Below are positions 18,299-27,627 of a DNA stretch of 64,000 nucleotides, in pieces. The translations under genes were made by a program, and so were the position numbers. Origin of the DNA: Candidatus Amesbacteria bacterium (GTDB taxonomy: Bacteria > Patescibacteriota > Microgenomatia > CAZETR01 > Amesbacteraceae); the NCBI GenBank assembly GCA_963736875.1, contig CAVTQH010000002.1, positions 199,927-263,926 on the forward strand, in the 5' to 3' direction. How positions within the stretch are numbered: position 1 is the first letter of the stretch; the number at the start of each line of letters is the position of its first letter. The notes beneath the pieces are model-generated. The model did not search any database. It was not told the origin of the DNA and saw only the letters and a list, made by a program, of their open reading frames with translations.

Positions 18299-19224
18299 AT
18301 CGTAAATCTGCCCTCAACACATCCCTTTTTCGGGCTCGGCTCAAGCTTAAACACATCCAGTCGGAAAATCTGCTTACCGGCCATCATCCCCGGGCAGTTG
18401 CTCTGCTGGAAGCGGCAGGTGTCCGTCCCGGCGGCCTCCGTGCACATGCCGCAAAACTTCTGGCAGCGGGGGCTACGGCCACCACCATGGCCCTGTCACC
18501 GTTTCCCTTATTCCCGGCAGCGGCTCTTCCTGAATCTGCCCGCCATGTTTCAGCCTTTCCCCTGCACCAGCGTTCCCAGCTGGTATCACTTTTCCAGGGA
18601 ATATTACCTCCCGCCCCCAGACCGCTTTTTGAAGCTGAAGAAACCCAAATCAGCCAAATCCTGCATGATCTGTACGGTATCCATGCCACAGCGGAACTCG
18701 AAGGCAACCGGCTTAACACCGACTACGGCTATATCGGGGCGGAGCAGCATCTTCCCCGCTATCCGGGAGATTCAGCGGCCAACCACGGTACGCTGGTCGA
18801 AAAGGGGATTACCCCCGGCCGGGGAGCCTGGGGGTACTTTGCCTATTCCAAAGAACAGCTCACTCCGGATTTGATCGCCAAAGAAAAATATTACGTGGCG
18901 GTTCAGACTCTTTATCTTCCCGATTGGGAAACCCGCTTAAGTTATCTGCGTGACTGGTACAAATACCGCAAAGTAGTGGTAGCCAATCCCAGAACCGGCC
19001 GGGCAATTGTTGCGGTGGTTGCCGACTCCGGACCGGCTTACTGGACCGGAAAACATTTCGGCGGGTCTCCGGAAGTAATGAATTATCTGGAGTCCAAAGA
19101 TGGCCGGCAAAAAGGTCCGGTAATTCTGTTTTTTGTCGATGATCCCGAAGACAAGGTACCCCTCGGACCTTTGGAGTACAATTTAGAGCAGAACCCATTA
19201 TTATTAGCCACTCGGGAAGTATGA
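18295..19224 (+). CDS. hypothetical protein with C-terminal RlpA-like double-psi beta-barrel (DPBB)-like segment
   Basis: KVVVANPRTGRAIVAVVADSGPAYWTGKHFGGSPEVMNYL resembles the DPBB core of RlpA/expansin-like proteins. The N-terminal 130 codons are GC-rich and may not be coding. Confidence 0.3.
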   Translation: MNRKSALNTSLFRARLKLKHIQSENLLTGHHPRAVALLEAAGVRPGGLRAHAAKLLAAGATATTMALSPFPLFPAAALPESARHVSAFPLHQRSQLVSLFQGILPPAPRPLFEAEETQISQILHDLYGIHATAELEGNRLNTDYGYIGAEQHLPRYPGDSAANHGTLVEKGITPGRGAWGYFAYSKEQLTPDLIAKEKYYVAVQTLYLPDWETRLSYLRDWYKYRKVVVANPRTGRAIVAVVADSGPAYWTGKHFGGSPEVMNYLESKDGRQKGPVILFFVDDPEDKVPLGPLEYNLEQNPLLLATREV

Positions 19225-19562
19225 GTAAAATATTTTACGATCATTTGGTTATCAGAGAGGAAATTGATTTCGAGCTTAACCGCTTTCAAATCGATCCCGA
19301 GGAGCAGGAAGAATTAATAAGTCTGATCGATCAGACTCTCCATCACCATATTTTAAACGTCATCTTAAATCACTTGCCCAAAGAAAAGCATACAGAGTTT
19401 ATTTCCCGGCTTCATGCCAAGCCGGATGATGATACCCTGATTGATTATTTAAAAACTCATGCCCACCCTGAAATTGAAGCCGAAATCAAAAAACAAGCCG
19501 CCAAGATCAAAAAAGAAATCCTGGCTGATCTCAAAAAATCCTCCCGCCGTACTAAATCTTAG
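19221..19562 (+). CDS. hypothetical protein, 113 aa, acidic/helical
   Basis: ORF only. Confidence 0.25.
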   Translation: MSKIFYDHLVIREEIDFELNRFQIDPEEQEELISLIDQTLHHHILNVILNHLPKEKHTEFISRLHAKPDDDTLIDYLKTHAHPEIEAEIKKQAAKIKKEILADLKKSSRRTKS

Positions 19563-21684
19563 CTTTTTTCAAAAGCAGGGAATTGGTAATCACCGAGACT
19601 GAAGATAATGCCATAATAAGTCCCGCCAGCTCCGGTTTGAGTATCAGTCCCCAAGGAGCCAACACTCCGGCGGCAATCGGAATTCCCAAAACGTTATAAA
19701 TCAGGGCAAAAAACAAATTTTCCCTGATTTTATTCATGGTTTTTCTGGACAAATTAATAGCCGCCGTGACATCACCGGGATCATTTTTAACCAATACCAC
19801 TTCCCCGCTTTCGATTGCCACATCGGTTCCCGATCCCATGGTAATTCCCAGATCGGCAGCAGCCAGTGCCGGCGCATCATTTATCCCGTCACCTACCATG
19901 GCCACGGTTTTGCCGGCTGCCTGAAGCTTCCTGATTTCCCCGGTTTTGTTTTCCGGTAATACTTCAGCTAACACGTTTTCTATTCCCAGCCCGGAAGCTA
20001 CTGCTCTGACCGTTTTCTCGTTGTCGCCGCTTAAAAGCCACACGTCCATACCCAGGCGTTTCAGCCTTTTAATCGCATTATTGCTTTCCGCTCTCACTTT
20101 ATCCGCAACTGCGATAAGTCCCAGCATCTTTTTATCTTTGGCCAGAATAACAGCGGTCTTGCCTTCATTTTCCCATTTTCCCGTCTCTTTCCCGGTGAAT
20201 TTAATATGATTTTCCGCCATCATTTTTTTGTTTCCCAGAAAATACTTTACCCCCCTGATCCTCCCCGTCACTCCCTGCCCGGGTATGGCTGTAAAATCGT
20301 CAACATCTTCAATTTTCAATCCGCCTGATTTGGCCTTTTCGTAAATACATTTAGCCACGGGATGTTCAGAATTTCGTTCCAGACTTCCCGCCAGCTCGTA
20401 ACACCTCCGGAGAGGAAATATCGGTTACTTCCAGTTTTCCCTCGGTTAAGGTTCCGGTTTTATCAAAAACCACGGTATCGATTTTTCCCGCTTTTTCCAA
20501 AGCTTCCCCGCCTTTAATTAAAATGCCGTGAGTAGCTCCCAATCCCGTCCCTACCATAATGGCCGTGGGGGTGGCCAGCCCCAAAGCACACGGGCAGGCG
20601 ATTACTATCACCGAAACCATTGCCAGGACGGCATATGTCAATGATGCCTGCAAAACCACATACCACACTCCGAATGTAACTAAGGCAACAATTAACACCG
20701 CCGGTACAAACCAGCCCGATACCCGGTCCGCCAGATTCTGGATCGGGGCTTTTGTCTCCTGGGCTTCTTCAATTAATTTGCTGATTCGCGCTATTGTCGT
20801 TTGTTCTCCCACTCTGGTCACTCTGATTTCAATTACCCCCATCTGATTTATCGTTCCTCCGGACAACTTTGTCTCCCTCTTTTTTATCAACAGGCAGGCT
20901 TTCACCTGAAAGCATCGACTCGTTTACCGCCGTCTGTCCCCGGATTATTTCCCCGTCAATGGGGATTGTTTGCCCGGGCCTGACCAAAACCATATCCCCG
21001 ATTTTTAATTTTTCCGTTTCCGTCTCGGTTTCCTGACCGTTTCTGATCACAGTGGCGGTTTTAGGCTGAAGCTGCCCCAATTTCCTGATTGCCTCCGAGG
21101 TTTTTCCTTTGGCCCTGGCTTCCAGCCATTTGCCCAAAAGCACAAAAGTGATTAATAAAGCCGAAGTTTCAAAATAGGTAGCCTCTTTCCCCCAAATTAA
21201 ATTTATGACGCTGAATCCGTAGGCTACCGACGTGCCGATGGCGATTAGTGAATCCATATTAAAAGACTTTGACCGCAAGTGCCGACCATGCCCCCCGGTA
21301 AAATCTTCTGCCCAAAATAAACTGTACGGGAGTGGCCAGGATCCACCCCAAAAAAGGCGGAAGCATCATAATCGGTGCGGACAATATTCCCGCCCAAATA
21401 AATCTTTTTTTATACTCCCGTATTTCCGTTTCCTTCCCTATTTCTCTTTCAGCGCCGCTCCCCGCGATTTCAATTTTTGCCCCGTATCCCGCTTTTTCCA
21501 CCGCTTCCACCAGCTGTCCGGCCAAAACTTGGTTTTCGGCAATCACTCTGGCCTTTTCCGTCGCATAATTTACGTTTGCTTCCGTCACTCCGGGGATTTT
21601 TCTCAGACTTCTTTGAATCAAAAGTGCACATGATGTGCAGTCCATGCCCGTGATTTCCAGATTTACCTGCTTTTTCCCAGTCAT
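19552..21684 (-). pseudogene. copA: copper-translocating P1B-type ATPase CopA, split into four ORFs by three frameshifts
   Basis: The pieces are 21259-21684 (HMA GMDCTSCA plus TM1-2), 20829-21278 (A domain), 20366-20905 (CPC, DKTGTLT) and 19552-20358 (GDGINDAP, C-terminal TMs). Each junction needs a 1-nt shift: ...ALAVK|SFNMD, ...DKV|SGGTINQ and ...EVTD...|ELAGSLERNSEHP. Confidence 0.7.
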
Positions 21685-21950
21685 TTTTCTTCAAACACCT
21701 TCATTACTTCGGCAATCGCCCTGTCGCGCTCTTCGGGCGTTCCCTTGACGGAGTCGGCGACACAGGTCTTGAGGTGGTTTTCCAAAATCAAGGCATCCAC
21801 TTTTTTCAAAGCCGCCTGTACGGCCTGGGACTGAGTGAGAATATCGATGCAGTAATCACCTTTTTCCACCATCTCAATCACTCTCTCCAAATGTCCTCTT
21901 ACAATTTTTAACCGGTGTTCCACACCTCCTCTGCTATCCGTGGTCCTCAT
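21681..21950 (-). CDS. csoR: CsoR/RcnR-family metal-sensing repressor (copper-sensitive operon repressor)
   Basis: An 89-aa DUF156 fold carrying the C-H-C ligand set (YCIDIL..., HLKTC). It sits immediately upstream of the copA remnant with a 4-nt overlap. Confidence 0.7.
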   Translation of the reverse strand: MRTTDSRGGVEHRLKIVRGHLERVIEMVEKGDYCIDILTQSQAVQAALKKVDALILENHLKTCVADSVKGTPEERDRAIAEVMKVFEEK

Positions 21951-21982
21951 AACTTATATTGTAATCCCCCCAGGGGGGATTG

Positions 21983-23839
21983 TCAACCTGCTCCTCCGCC
22001 CCCGCCCCCGCCCCCGCCCCCGCCTCCCCCGGAAAAACCTCCGCCTCCGCCTACTCCGGAAGCTCCGAAGTTGGAAAAACCCGAAGATATTGCCGAAAAT
22101 CCGTTAAACATCGAAGAAAATGAGCCGGAGAAATCCCCTGAACCGCCGCCGCTGCCGTAAAATCCCGTATATAGTCCGGAGCCGGCGAAAGCCGCTGAAA
22201 AGTTAACCGGTAATTGTGCCAGAGCCTTCAGAGACAGTCCCAAAGCCGCTCCGTAAACCAGGTACCTCTCCCACAAAATTACGGAATCAATAGGGTTATT
22301 TTTAGTCACACTGTAATCCTTCAGGTATTTTTTAAAAGCTCTCCACGAAGCCAGCTCCTGATTCCCCGTGTCGGTTCTTTTATTGATAGCTACTCTGAGA
22401 ATTTTCATCACAATACCTGCAATTCCGCTCATAACTACCAGGCCAAAGAGCAACCAGCCAAAACCGCTTATTCTGTCTGCCACCTGGATCAAAAACCACC
22501 CGACGATTATCGCAGCGAAAATATAAATATCATCTTCCTTATCGATTTTTAATGAAGCTTCATAACTTTTCGGCTCCAGTAAGCCAGAGTCTACCAGATG
22601 TTTGGCACAATCCTTTTGCCAGGTTTTCCAAAATGCCTTGGCCTCTTTCGGTTTAGTTCTTCCGATATTTTTTACGCTGTCCAGGGATAATATATTGCTT
22701 TCGGAAAACAGGAAATCAATCAGTTCGGTTTCCAAAACAGACAATCCTGTCCGGCTTGTTTTGGTATCCAAAATCAGCAGAAATCTGTCTTTTTGGGGGA
22801 ATATCCCCAGGATCGGCTCCTGTTTCTCTTTTGAAATAGTTATCACCTTCTTACGTATCAGATCAATGATTGTCGCGGTAATCGCCTTACCGGTCGGTTT
22901 CAGATTCCAGGAAAGCAGGGTTTCCACCGAGCCCGGATCCAGGTCTGAAGGCGGTTCGTGCAGTGTTCCGGCCAGATTAACTGAAGGAATTGGTTTATCC
23001 CGGCCGATTCTCCACCACCGGATAATCCAGTAACACACCCGGGATATCATCAGTAAACTTATTCCCGCTGCCGCAGCCAGTAAAAGCATATCCCCCAGGC
23101 CCTGAATAATTCCCTGCTGCCGGGTTTCGTCGCCGAACTTTGTCTCTTCATTCAGTATTTCCTGCAGGGTTTGACTGCTTGTTCTGGGCATCCGCTCATC
23201 TGATTTGGGATACAACACTCTGACTTCAAACATTTTCTTTGGCGGCAGAGCCGAAGCGGAAAATTCTGCCTCCTGATTGGTCGATATGGTTACTTTTCCG
23301 TTTAATGGTCCGTGTCCGAAAGCCCATATTTTATCTTCCGGAGCCGGATAGGGGAGCAATACTTTAGCCGTGACCTCCCCGCTGCCTTTCTCCCATTTAT
23401 TGCCGATCAGCTGCCAGTAAAATTCCCGGATATCGGGGTGATCGGCAACCGCATTTTCCAGAGTGTACCTGATGGTAAATATCTTGGTGGTATTTACGGC
23501 CGAGTAAAACCATTTAAGATACAAACGGTCTGTCTCATTAGTTTTCTCAAACCGGAGCGGCCCCTTTTCATCAGTGATTTGGATATTATCAATGACGTAA
23601 TTGGAGCAAGTTGTGGCTTTGACGCATTTTCCCGTCAGATTTATCCACATATCCGCCCAGGAAAACGACCCGTCAAATTTATATGTTCTTTCCTCGGTTA
23701 TCAGTGCTTCCCCGCTTTTCTCCAGATTAACTGTAAAATCCGCCCGGGTAATCGTATAATCCTTGGCTTGAGCCCTGACAGGCTGCCAAATCGCTGCCAA
23801 AAAAAGTATCAGTATGATTGCTTTCAGCTTCATACACAA
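21983..23839 (-). CDS. DUF2207-family membrane protein with C-terminal poly-glycine tail
   Basis: A signal peptide, a ~190-aa extracytoplasmic domain, TM helices and a Gly-rich tail (GGGGGFSGGGGGGGGGGGGGAG) characteristic of DUF2207. Confidence 0.5.
   Translation of the reverse strand: MCMKLKAIILILFLAAIWQPVRAQAKDYTITRADFTVNLEKSGEALITEERTYKFDGSFSWADMWINLTGKCVKATTCSNYVIDNIQITDEKGPLRFEKTNETDRLYLKWFYSAVNTTKIFTIRYTLENAVADHPDIREFYWQLIGNKWEKGSGEVTAKVLLPYPAPEDKIWAFGHGPLNGKVTISTNQEAEFSASALPPKKMFEVRVLYPKSDERMPRTSSQTLQEILNEETKFGDETRQQGIIQGLGDMLLLAAAAGISLLMISRVCYWIIRWWRIGRDKPIPSVNLAGTLHEPPSDLDPGSVETLLSWNLKPTGKAITATIIDLIRKKVITISKEKQEPILGIFPQKDRFLLILDTKTSRTGLSVLETELIDFLFSESNILSLDSVKNIGRTKPKEAKAFWKTWQKDCAKHLVDSGLLEPKSYEASLKIDKEDDIYIFAAIIVGWFLIQVADRISGFGWLLFGLVVMSGIAGIVMKILRVAINKRTDTGNQELASWRAFKKYLKDYSVTKNNPIDSVILWERYLVYGAALGLSLKALAQLPVNFSAAFAGSGLYTGFYGSGGGSGDFSGSFSSMFNGFSAISSGFSNFGASGVGGGGGFSGGGGGGGGGGGGGAG
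21985..22030. repeat. (GGGGGC)n hexanucleotide repeat (~5 units) encoding the poly-Gly tail
   Basis: The + strand reads ccgcccccgcccccgcccccgcccccgcc. Confidence 0.6.
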
Positions 23840-23870
23840 TTTATTATAATCTGGTTTAAGCCCGAAGTTT

Positions 23871-24476
23871 ATGTACGAAGTTATTTTCGATCTGGAAACA
23901 CAGAATTGGTTTGACGAAACCGGTACAACTAATCCGGGAGATCTGAAAGTGTCCGTTGTTTCTCTCTACACCCGGGTGCTTGACGCGGATCTCAAAGAAA
24001 CAAAAGGGGAAATGTTAAGTTTTTGGGAACATGAGCTGGAGAAAATGTGGAAATATTTCCGGCAGGCAAACCGGATTATCGGCTTTAATTCAATTAATTT
24101 TGATGTACCGGTTCTTAAGTCCTATGCCCCGGCCGATTTTTCCGGGCTTCCCCACTTTGATATATTAAATCACGTCAAAGAAGCTTTTGGTCGCCGAATT
24201 TCTTTAAACCGGATTGCCAAAGATACTTTGGGTCAAACAAAAATCGATTCCGGGGCCAATGCCGTCAAATACTGGCGGAAAGGTGATCGGGAAAGCCTGG
24301 CCAAGCTCAAAAAATACTGCGAAGCGGATGTCACTATCACCCGGGACATTTATGATCATGGTTTGCACCACCGGCACCTGCGTTTTACCGATCACTGGAA
24401 TAATCCCCGTCTAATTGCCGTTGATTTTTCCTACCCCGAAAAAGACTCTTCTTCCGCCCAGCCCAGTTTGTTTTGA
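23871..24476 (+). CDS. RNase H-like fold 3'-5' exonuclease (YprB/PolB-exo-like, DEDD)
   Basis: VIFDLETQNWFD, IIGFNSINFDVPVL and YCEADVTITRDIY mark a DEDDy-type exonuclease. Confidence 0.5.
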   Translation: MYEVIFDLETQNWFDETGTTNPGDLKVSVVSLYTRVLDADLKETKGEMLSFWEHELEKMWKYFRQANRIIGFNSINFDVPVLKSYAPADFSGLPHFDILNHVKEAFGRRISLNRIAKDTLGQTKIDSGANAVKYWRKGDRESLAKLKKYCEADVTITRDIYDHGLHHRHLRFTDHWNNPRLIAVDFSYPEKDSSSAQPSLF

Positions 24477-25054
24477 TCTTTGATTATTACTGGTTTTTGA
24501 AGCAGAGTTTATAATCACAAACAATGGTGGACAAGCACCCCAGGGTGTATCGAGGCAGCGAGCGGCATATTTAGACGATCTTTATAAAAAGGCGATAAAT
24601 GGAGATTTTGAGCGGGAGGAGAGTTATCCAAAATTGCCGGGTGGATTTCCCTGGCCAGGGAGTTGGTCATAAAAATGGATAAGTGCTACCGGATCTGTCA
24701 GCGTAAAACCGGTCACCGATTTAAGGCAACAGGTTGAATTTAAAAGAGACAATATTTTACATTATGCATCCGCTGCCGCTGTCGGGCTAGATTACGGCAA
24801 ATCGGAGTAGCTGCTGAATGGGAAATGCCGCCTGCCGGTTCTACAATCGAGGAATTTCCCGTAATGCCTGTTTCCGAAGCAGCCGCGTTAATACACACTG
24901 CCCGGCAATTAAATAAAAGAGGCGGCGGAGTTCGGTTGGAAGATTGGTCGCACGCCGATCAGGAAAGGTTGTTAAGGGGAGAGAAACCCAAAGGAGTTCC
25001 GACACATAGAATTTATAGCGAGGCGGTCGGAAATGCTAGTATTTATATTGTCGC

Positions 25055-27475
25055 ATGGTTAAAAAAACACCCGCCCGGACCAACGAACTGAAGCTTTCCC
25101 GTGTATCTGCCTGGGCAGTGTTACTGCGCCAGCTGAAAAATCCGCTTTTATACATTCTTCTGGTTACCACCACTGTCGCTTTTCTTTTCGGTTCGCGTTT
25201 TTCTGCCCTGGTGGTTACCTGGATGATGTTTTTATCCGTTTTCCTGGGATTTTGGAACGAATTCCGGGCGGAGAAAACCATGGAGGATCTGTTAAAAAGG
25301 ATTTCCTTTACGGCTACGGTAATCAGAAACGGGACCAAACTAAGTCTTCCGGTTAAAGATATCCGGGTGGGGGATCATGTTCTGCTGTACCAGGGGGCGG
25401 TTGTTCCCGCGGACTTAAAGCTTCAAGAGGAGAAAGGATTGGAAGTCGATGAAGCGGTGATTACCGGTGAATCGGCTCCGGTTCATAAAAGCCGCGAAGA
25501 CGGACAGGTGTATATGGGAACAACTGTAGTTTCCGGAGAAGGCAGGGGGATTGTCACGGCCATCGGCACCGATACCAGATTCGGGGAAATCAGTGCCAGT
25601 GTGGCTTCAGTCCGGCCGGAAACTGAATTTCAGAAAGGTCTTAAATCCTTTGGTGTCCTGTTGGTTTGGGTTATCTCAACCATGGCTCTGGTGATTTTTG
25701 TTGTCAACTGGCTGTTGGGCAGATCCTGGATAGACTCCGCCCTTTTTGCTTTAGCGGTGGCTATCGGATTGACTCCGGAACTATTGCCTGTGGTGGTCAC
25801 CGTCAGTTTGTCCCATGGCGCCCGGCGTCTGGCCAAAAAAGACATTATTGTCAAGCAGCTGGTAGCCATTGAGGACCTGGGAAATATGGAGGTCCTCTGC
25901 TGTGACAAAACCGGCACTCTGACCGAGGGTAAACTGCAGTTGGTTTCCCACCAGAATCCCGAAGGGAAGGATAATCTGCGTGTTTTAGAGCTGGCTCTTA
26001 TCTGTAACTCCGCCGTTGTCCATCATAAAATTTTCGGTGATGCCATCGATTCAGCCATCTGGCAGCATGCCCAAAATCAGCGGATCAGACTTCCGGGAAA
26101 AATTACCAAAGTTCTGGAAATGCCCTTTGACTACGAACACCGGGCAATGTTTACTGTTGTCGAAGAAAATCACGACCGTACCTACATTTATAAAGGGGCT
26201 CCGGACGCGGTGATCGAAGCCAGCGCCGGTGACAAAAAAACCATTGCCGCACTTCATGCCAAAGTGGACAATTGGTATTCGTCAGGTTACAGGGTAATAG
26301 GAATTGCCACCAAACATGTTACCGCCTCCGAGCGTTACACTTTCTCCGACGCCCATCATTTGAAACTGGAAGGTTTTATTCTCTTTTCCGATCCGCCCAA
26401 ACCCGGGGTCAGAGCCGCCCTGGACCATTTTGAAAATTTAGGGGTGAAGCTGAAAGTGGTTACCGGTGACAATGAATTTGTCACCCGTAAAATCTGTCAG
26501 GAAATCGATTTAAAATGCGACAAAATTCTTACCGGACCGGAAGTGTCCCAAATGACCGAATCCGAATTAATCGATGTGGTCTGGCAGACGGACGTTTTTG
26601 CCCGTATGACGCCGGACAAAAAACTCCGGGTGATCAGGGCCTTGAAGCACGGTAACCATACGGTTGCTTACATCGGTGACGGTATTAATGACGCTCCGGC
26701 GCTTCACGAAGCCGATGCCGGCATATCGGTCGAAACCGCTGTTGATGTGGCCAAAGATACGGCCTCCATCGTTCTGATGCGCAAAAGTCTGAATGTGATT
26801 GTTGAAGGTGTGGCTGAAGGCCGCCGCACTTTTGTCAATACCCTCAAATATATTTTGATGGGTACCAGCAGCAATTTCGGGAATATGTTTTCCATGGCCG
26901 GGGCTTCCTTTATACTGCCGTTTCTTCCCATGACACCATCCCAGATTCTTCTGACCAATGCCATGTACGATGTTTCCCAGTTAAGCATCCCGACCGACAA
27001 TGTTGACCCGGAAGAACTTCATCAGCCCAAAAAATGGGATATCGGCATTATCCGCCGTTATATGGTCTTTTTCGGTCCGATCAGTTCCCTGTATGATTTT
27101 ATGACCTTCGGGGTAATGTATTTTCTGTTCCATGCCCGAGGCAGCCTCTTTCAGACCGGCTGGTTTATAGAATCACTGGCCACACAAATCATGGTGATTT
27201 TTATTATCCGTACCAACCGTATACCCTTTTATAAAAGCCGTCCCGGGTTAATTCTGACAGTTGCCAGTCTGGGAGCGGTTTTTGTTGCCATGTGTCTGCC
27301 GTTTTCCCCTCTTTCCCGTTTTTTTGAATTTTCACCTCTGCCCCCGCTTTACTTCCTGATCCTGGTTCTCATGGTTCTTACGTATCTCGTATTGGTTGAA
27401 GTGGGTAAAAAATTTCTTCTCCGCCGGGCTCTTACCCCTGCTGCCCCGGCTAAACTATTAAAGCCGCAGACTTAA
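25055..27475 (+). CDS. mgtA: Mg2+-importing P-type ATPase (MgtA/MgtB type)
   Basis: LLRQLKNPLLYILL, CCDKTGTLTEG, VTGDNEFV, GDGINDAPALHEADAGISV and a 10-TM layout. It is preceded by a ~580-bp non-coding leader. Confidence 0.7.
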   Translation: MVKKTPARTNELKLSRVSAWAVLLRQLKNPLLYILLVTTTVAFLFGSRFSALVVTWMMFLSVFLGFWNEFRAEKTMEDLLKRISFTATVIRNGTKLSLPVKDIRVGDHVLLYQGAVVPADLKLQEEKGLEVDEAVITGESAPVHKSREDGQVYMGTTVVSGEGRGIVTAIGTDTRFGEISASVASVRPETEFQKGLKSFGVLLVWVISTMALVIFVVNWLLGRSWIDSALFALAVAIGLTPELLPVVVTVSLSHGARRLAKKDIIVKQLVAIEDLGNMEVLCCDKTGTLTEGKLQLVSHQNPEGKDNLRVLELALICNSAVVHHKIFGDAIDSAIWQHAQNQRIRLPGKITKVLEMPFDYEHRAMFTVVEENHDRTYIYKGAPDAVIEASAGDKKTIAALHAKVDNWYSSGYRVIGIATKHVTASERYTFSDAHHLKLEGFILFSDPPKPGVRAALDHFENLGVKLKVVTGDNEFVTRKICQEIDLKCDKILTGPEVSQMTESELIDVVWQTDVFARMTPDKKLRVIRALKHGNHTVAYIGDGINDAPALHEADAGISVETAVDVAKDTASIVLMRKSLNVIVEGVAEGRRTFVNTLKYILMGTSSNFGNMFSMAGASFILPFLPMTPSQILLTNAMYDVSQLSIPTDNVDPEELHQPKKWDIGIIRRYMVFFGPISSLYDFMTFGVMYFLFHARGSLFQTGWFIESLATQIMVIFIIRTNRIPFYKSRPGLILTVASLGAVFVAMCLPFSPLSRFFEFSPLPPLYFLILVLMVLTYLVLVEVGKKFLLRRALTPAAPAKLLKPQT

Positions 27476-27627
27476 ATACTAATACAAATTTCCCGACAGC
27501 AGTTTTTTCAAGGAAAAAACTGTAAAACCTGGTAAATAATTTCATATGTCCCAATACTAGATCCGTTCCCCGAAATAATCCGTATCTTTTCTCACCGACA
27601 ATTCGTAATGCTTTTCACAAAAGAAGT

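Noticed and set aside
18384-18874. Long ORFs on both strands in the GC-rich patch (111 aa on -, 158 aa on +)
   Set aside because: They are Arg/Pro/Ala-rich low-complexity translations typical of GC-rich shadow frames, with no motifs.
21915-22160. 81-aa ORF rich in poly-Pro (PPPPPPPP...)
   Set aside because: It is the opposite-strand shadow of the (GGGGGC)n poly-Gly tail of the DUF2207 gene.
24477-25054. M-box (ykoK) Mg2+ riboswitch upstream of mgtA
   Set aside because: I could not find the conserved M-box core by eye. It is kept only as a generic long-leader observation.
24825-25091. 88-aa ORF overlapping the mgtA start
   Set aside because: No motifs, and it sits inside the probable leader. 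It is likely non-coding.
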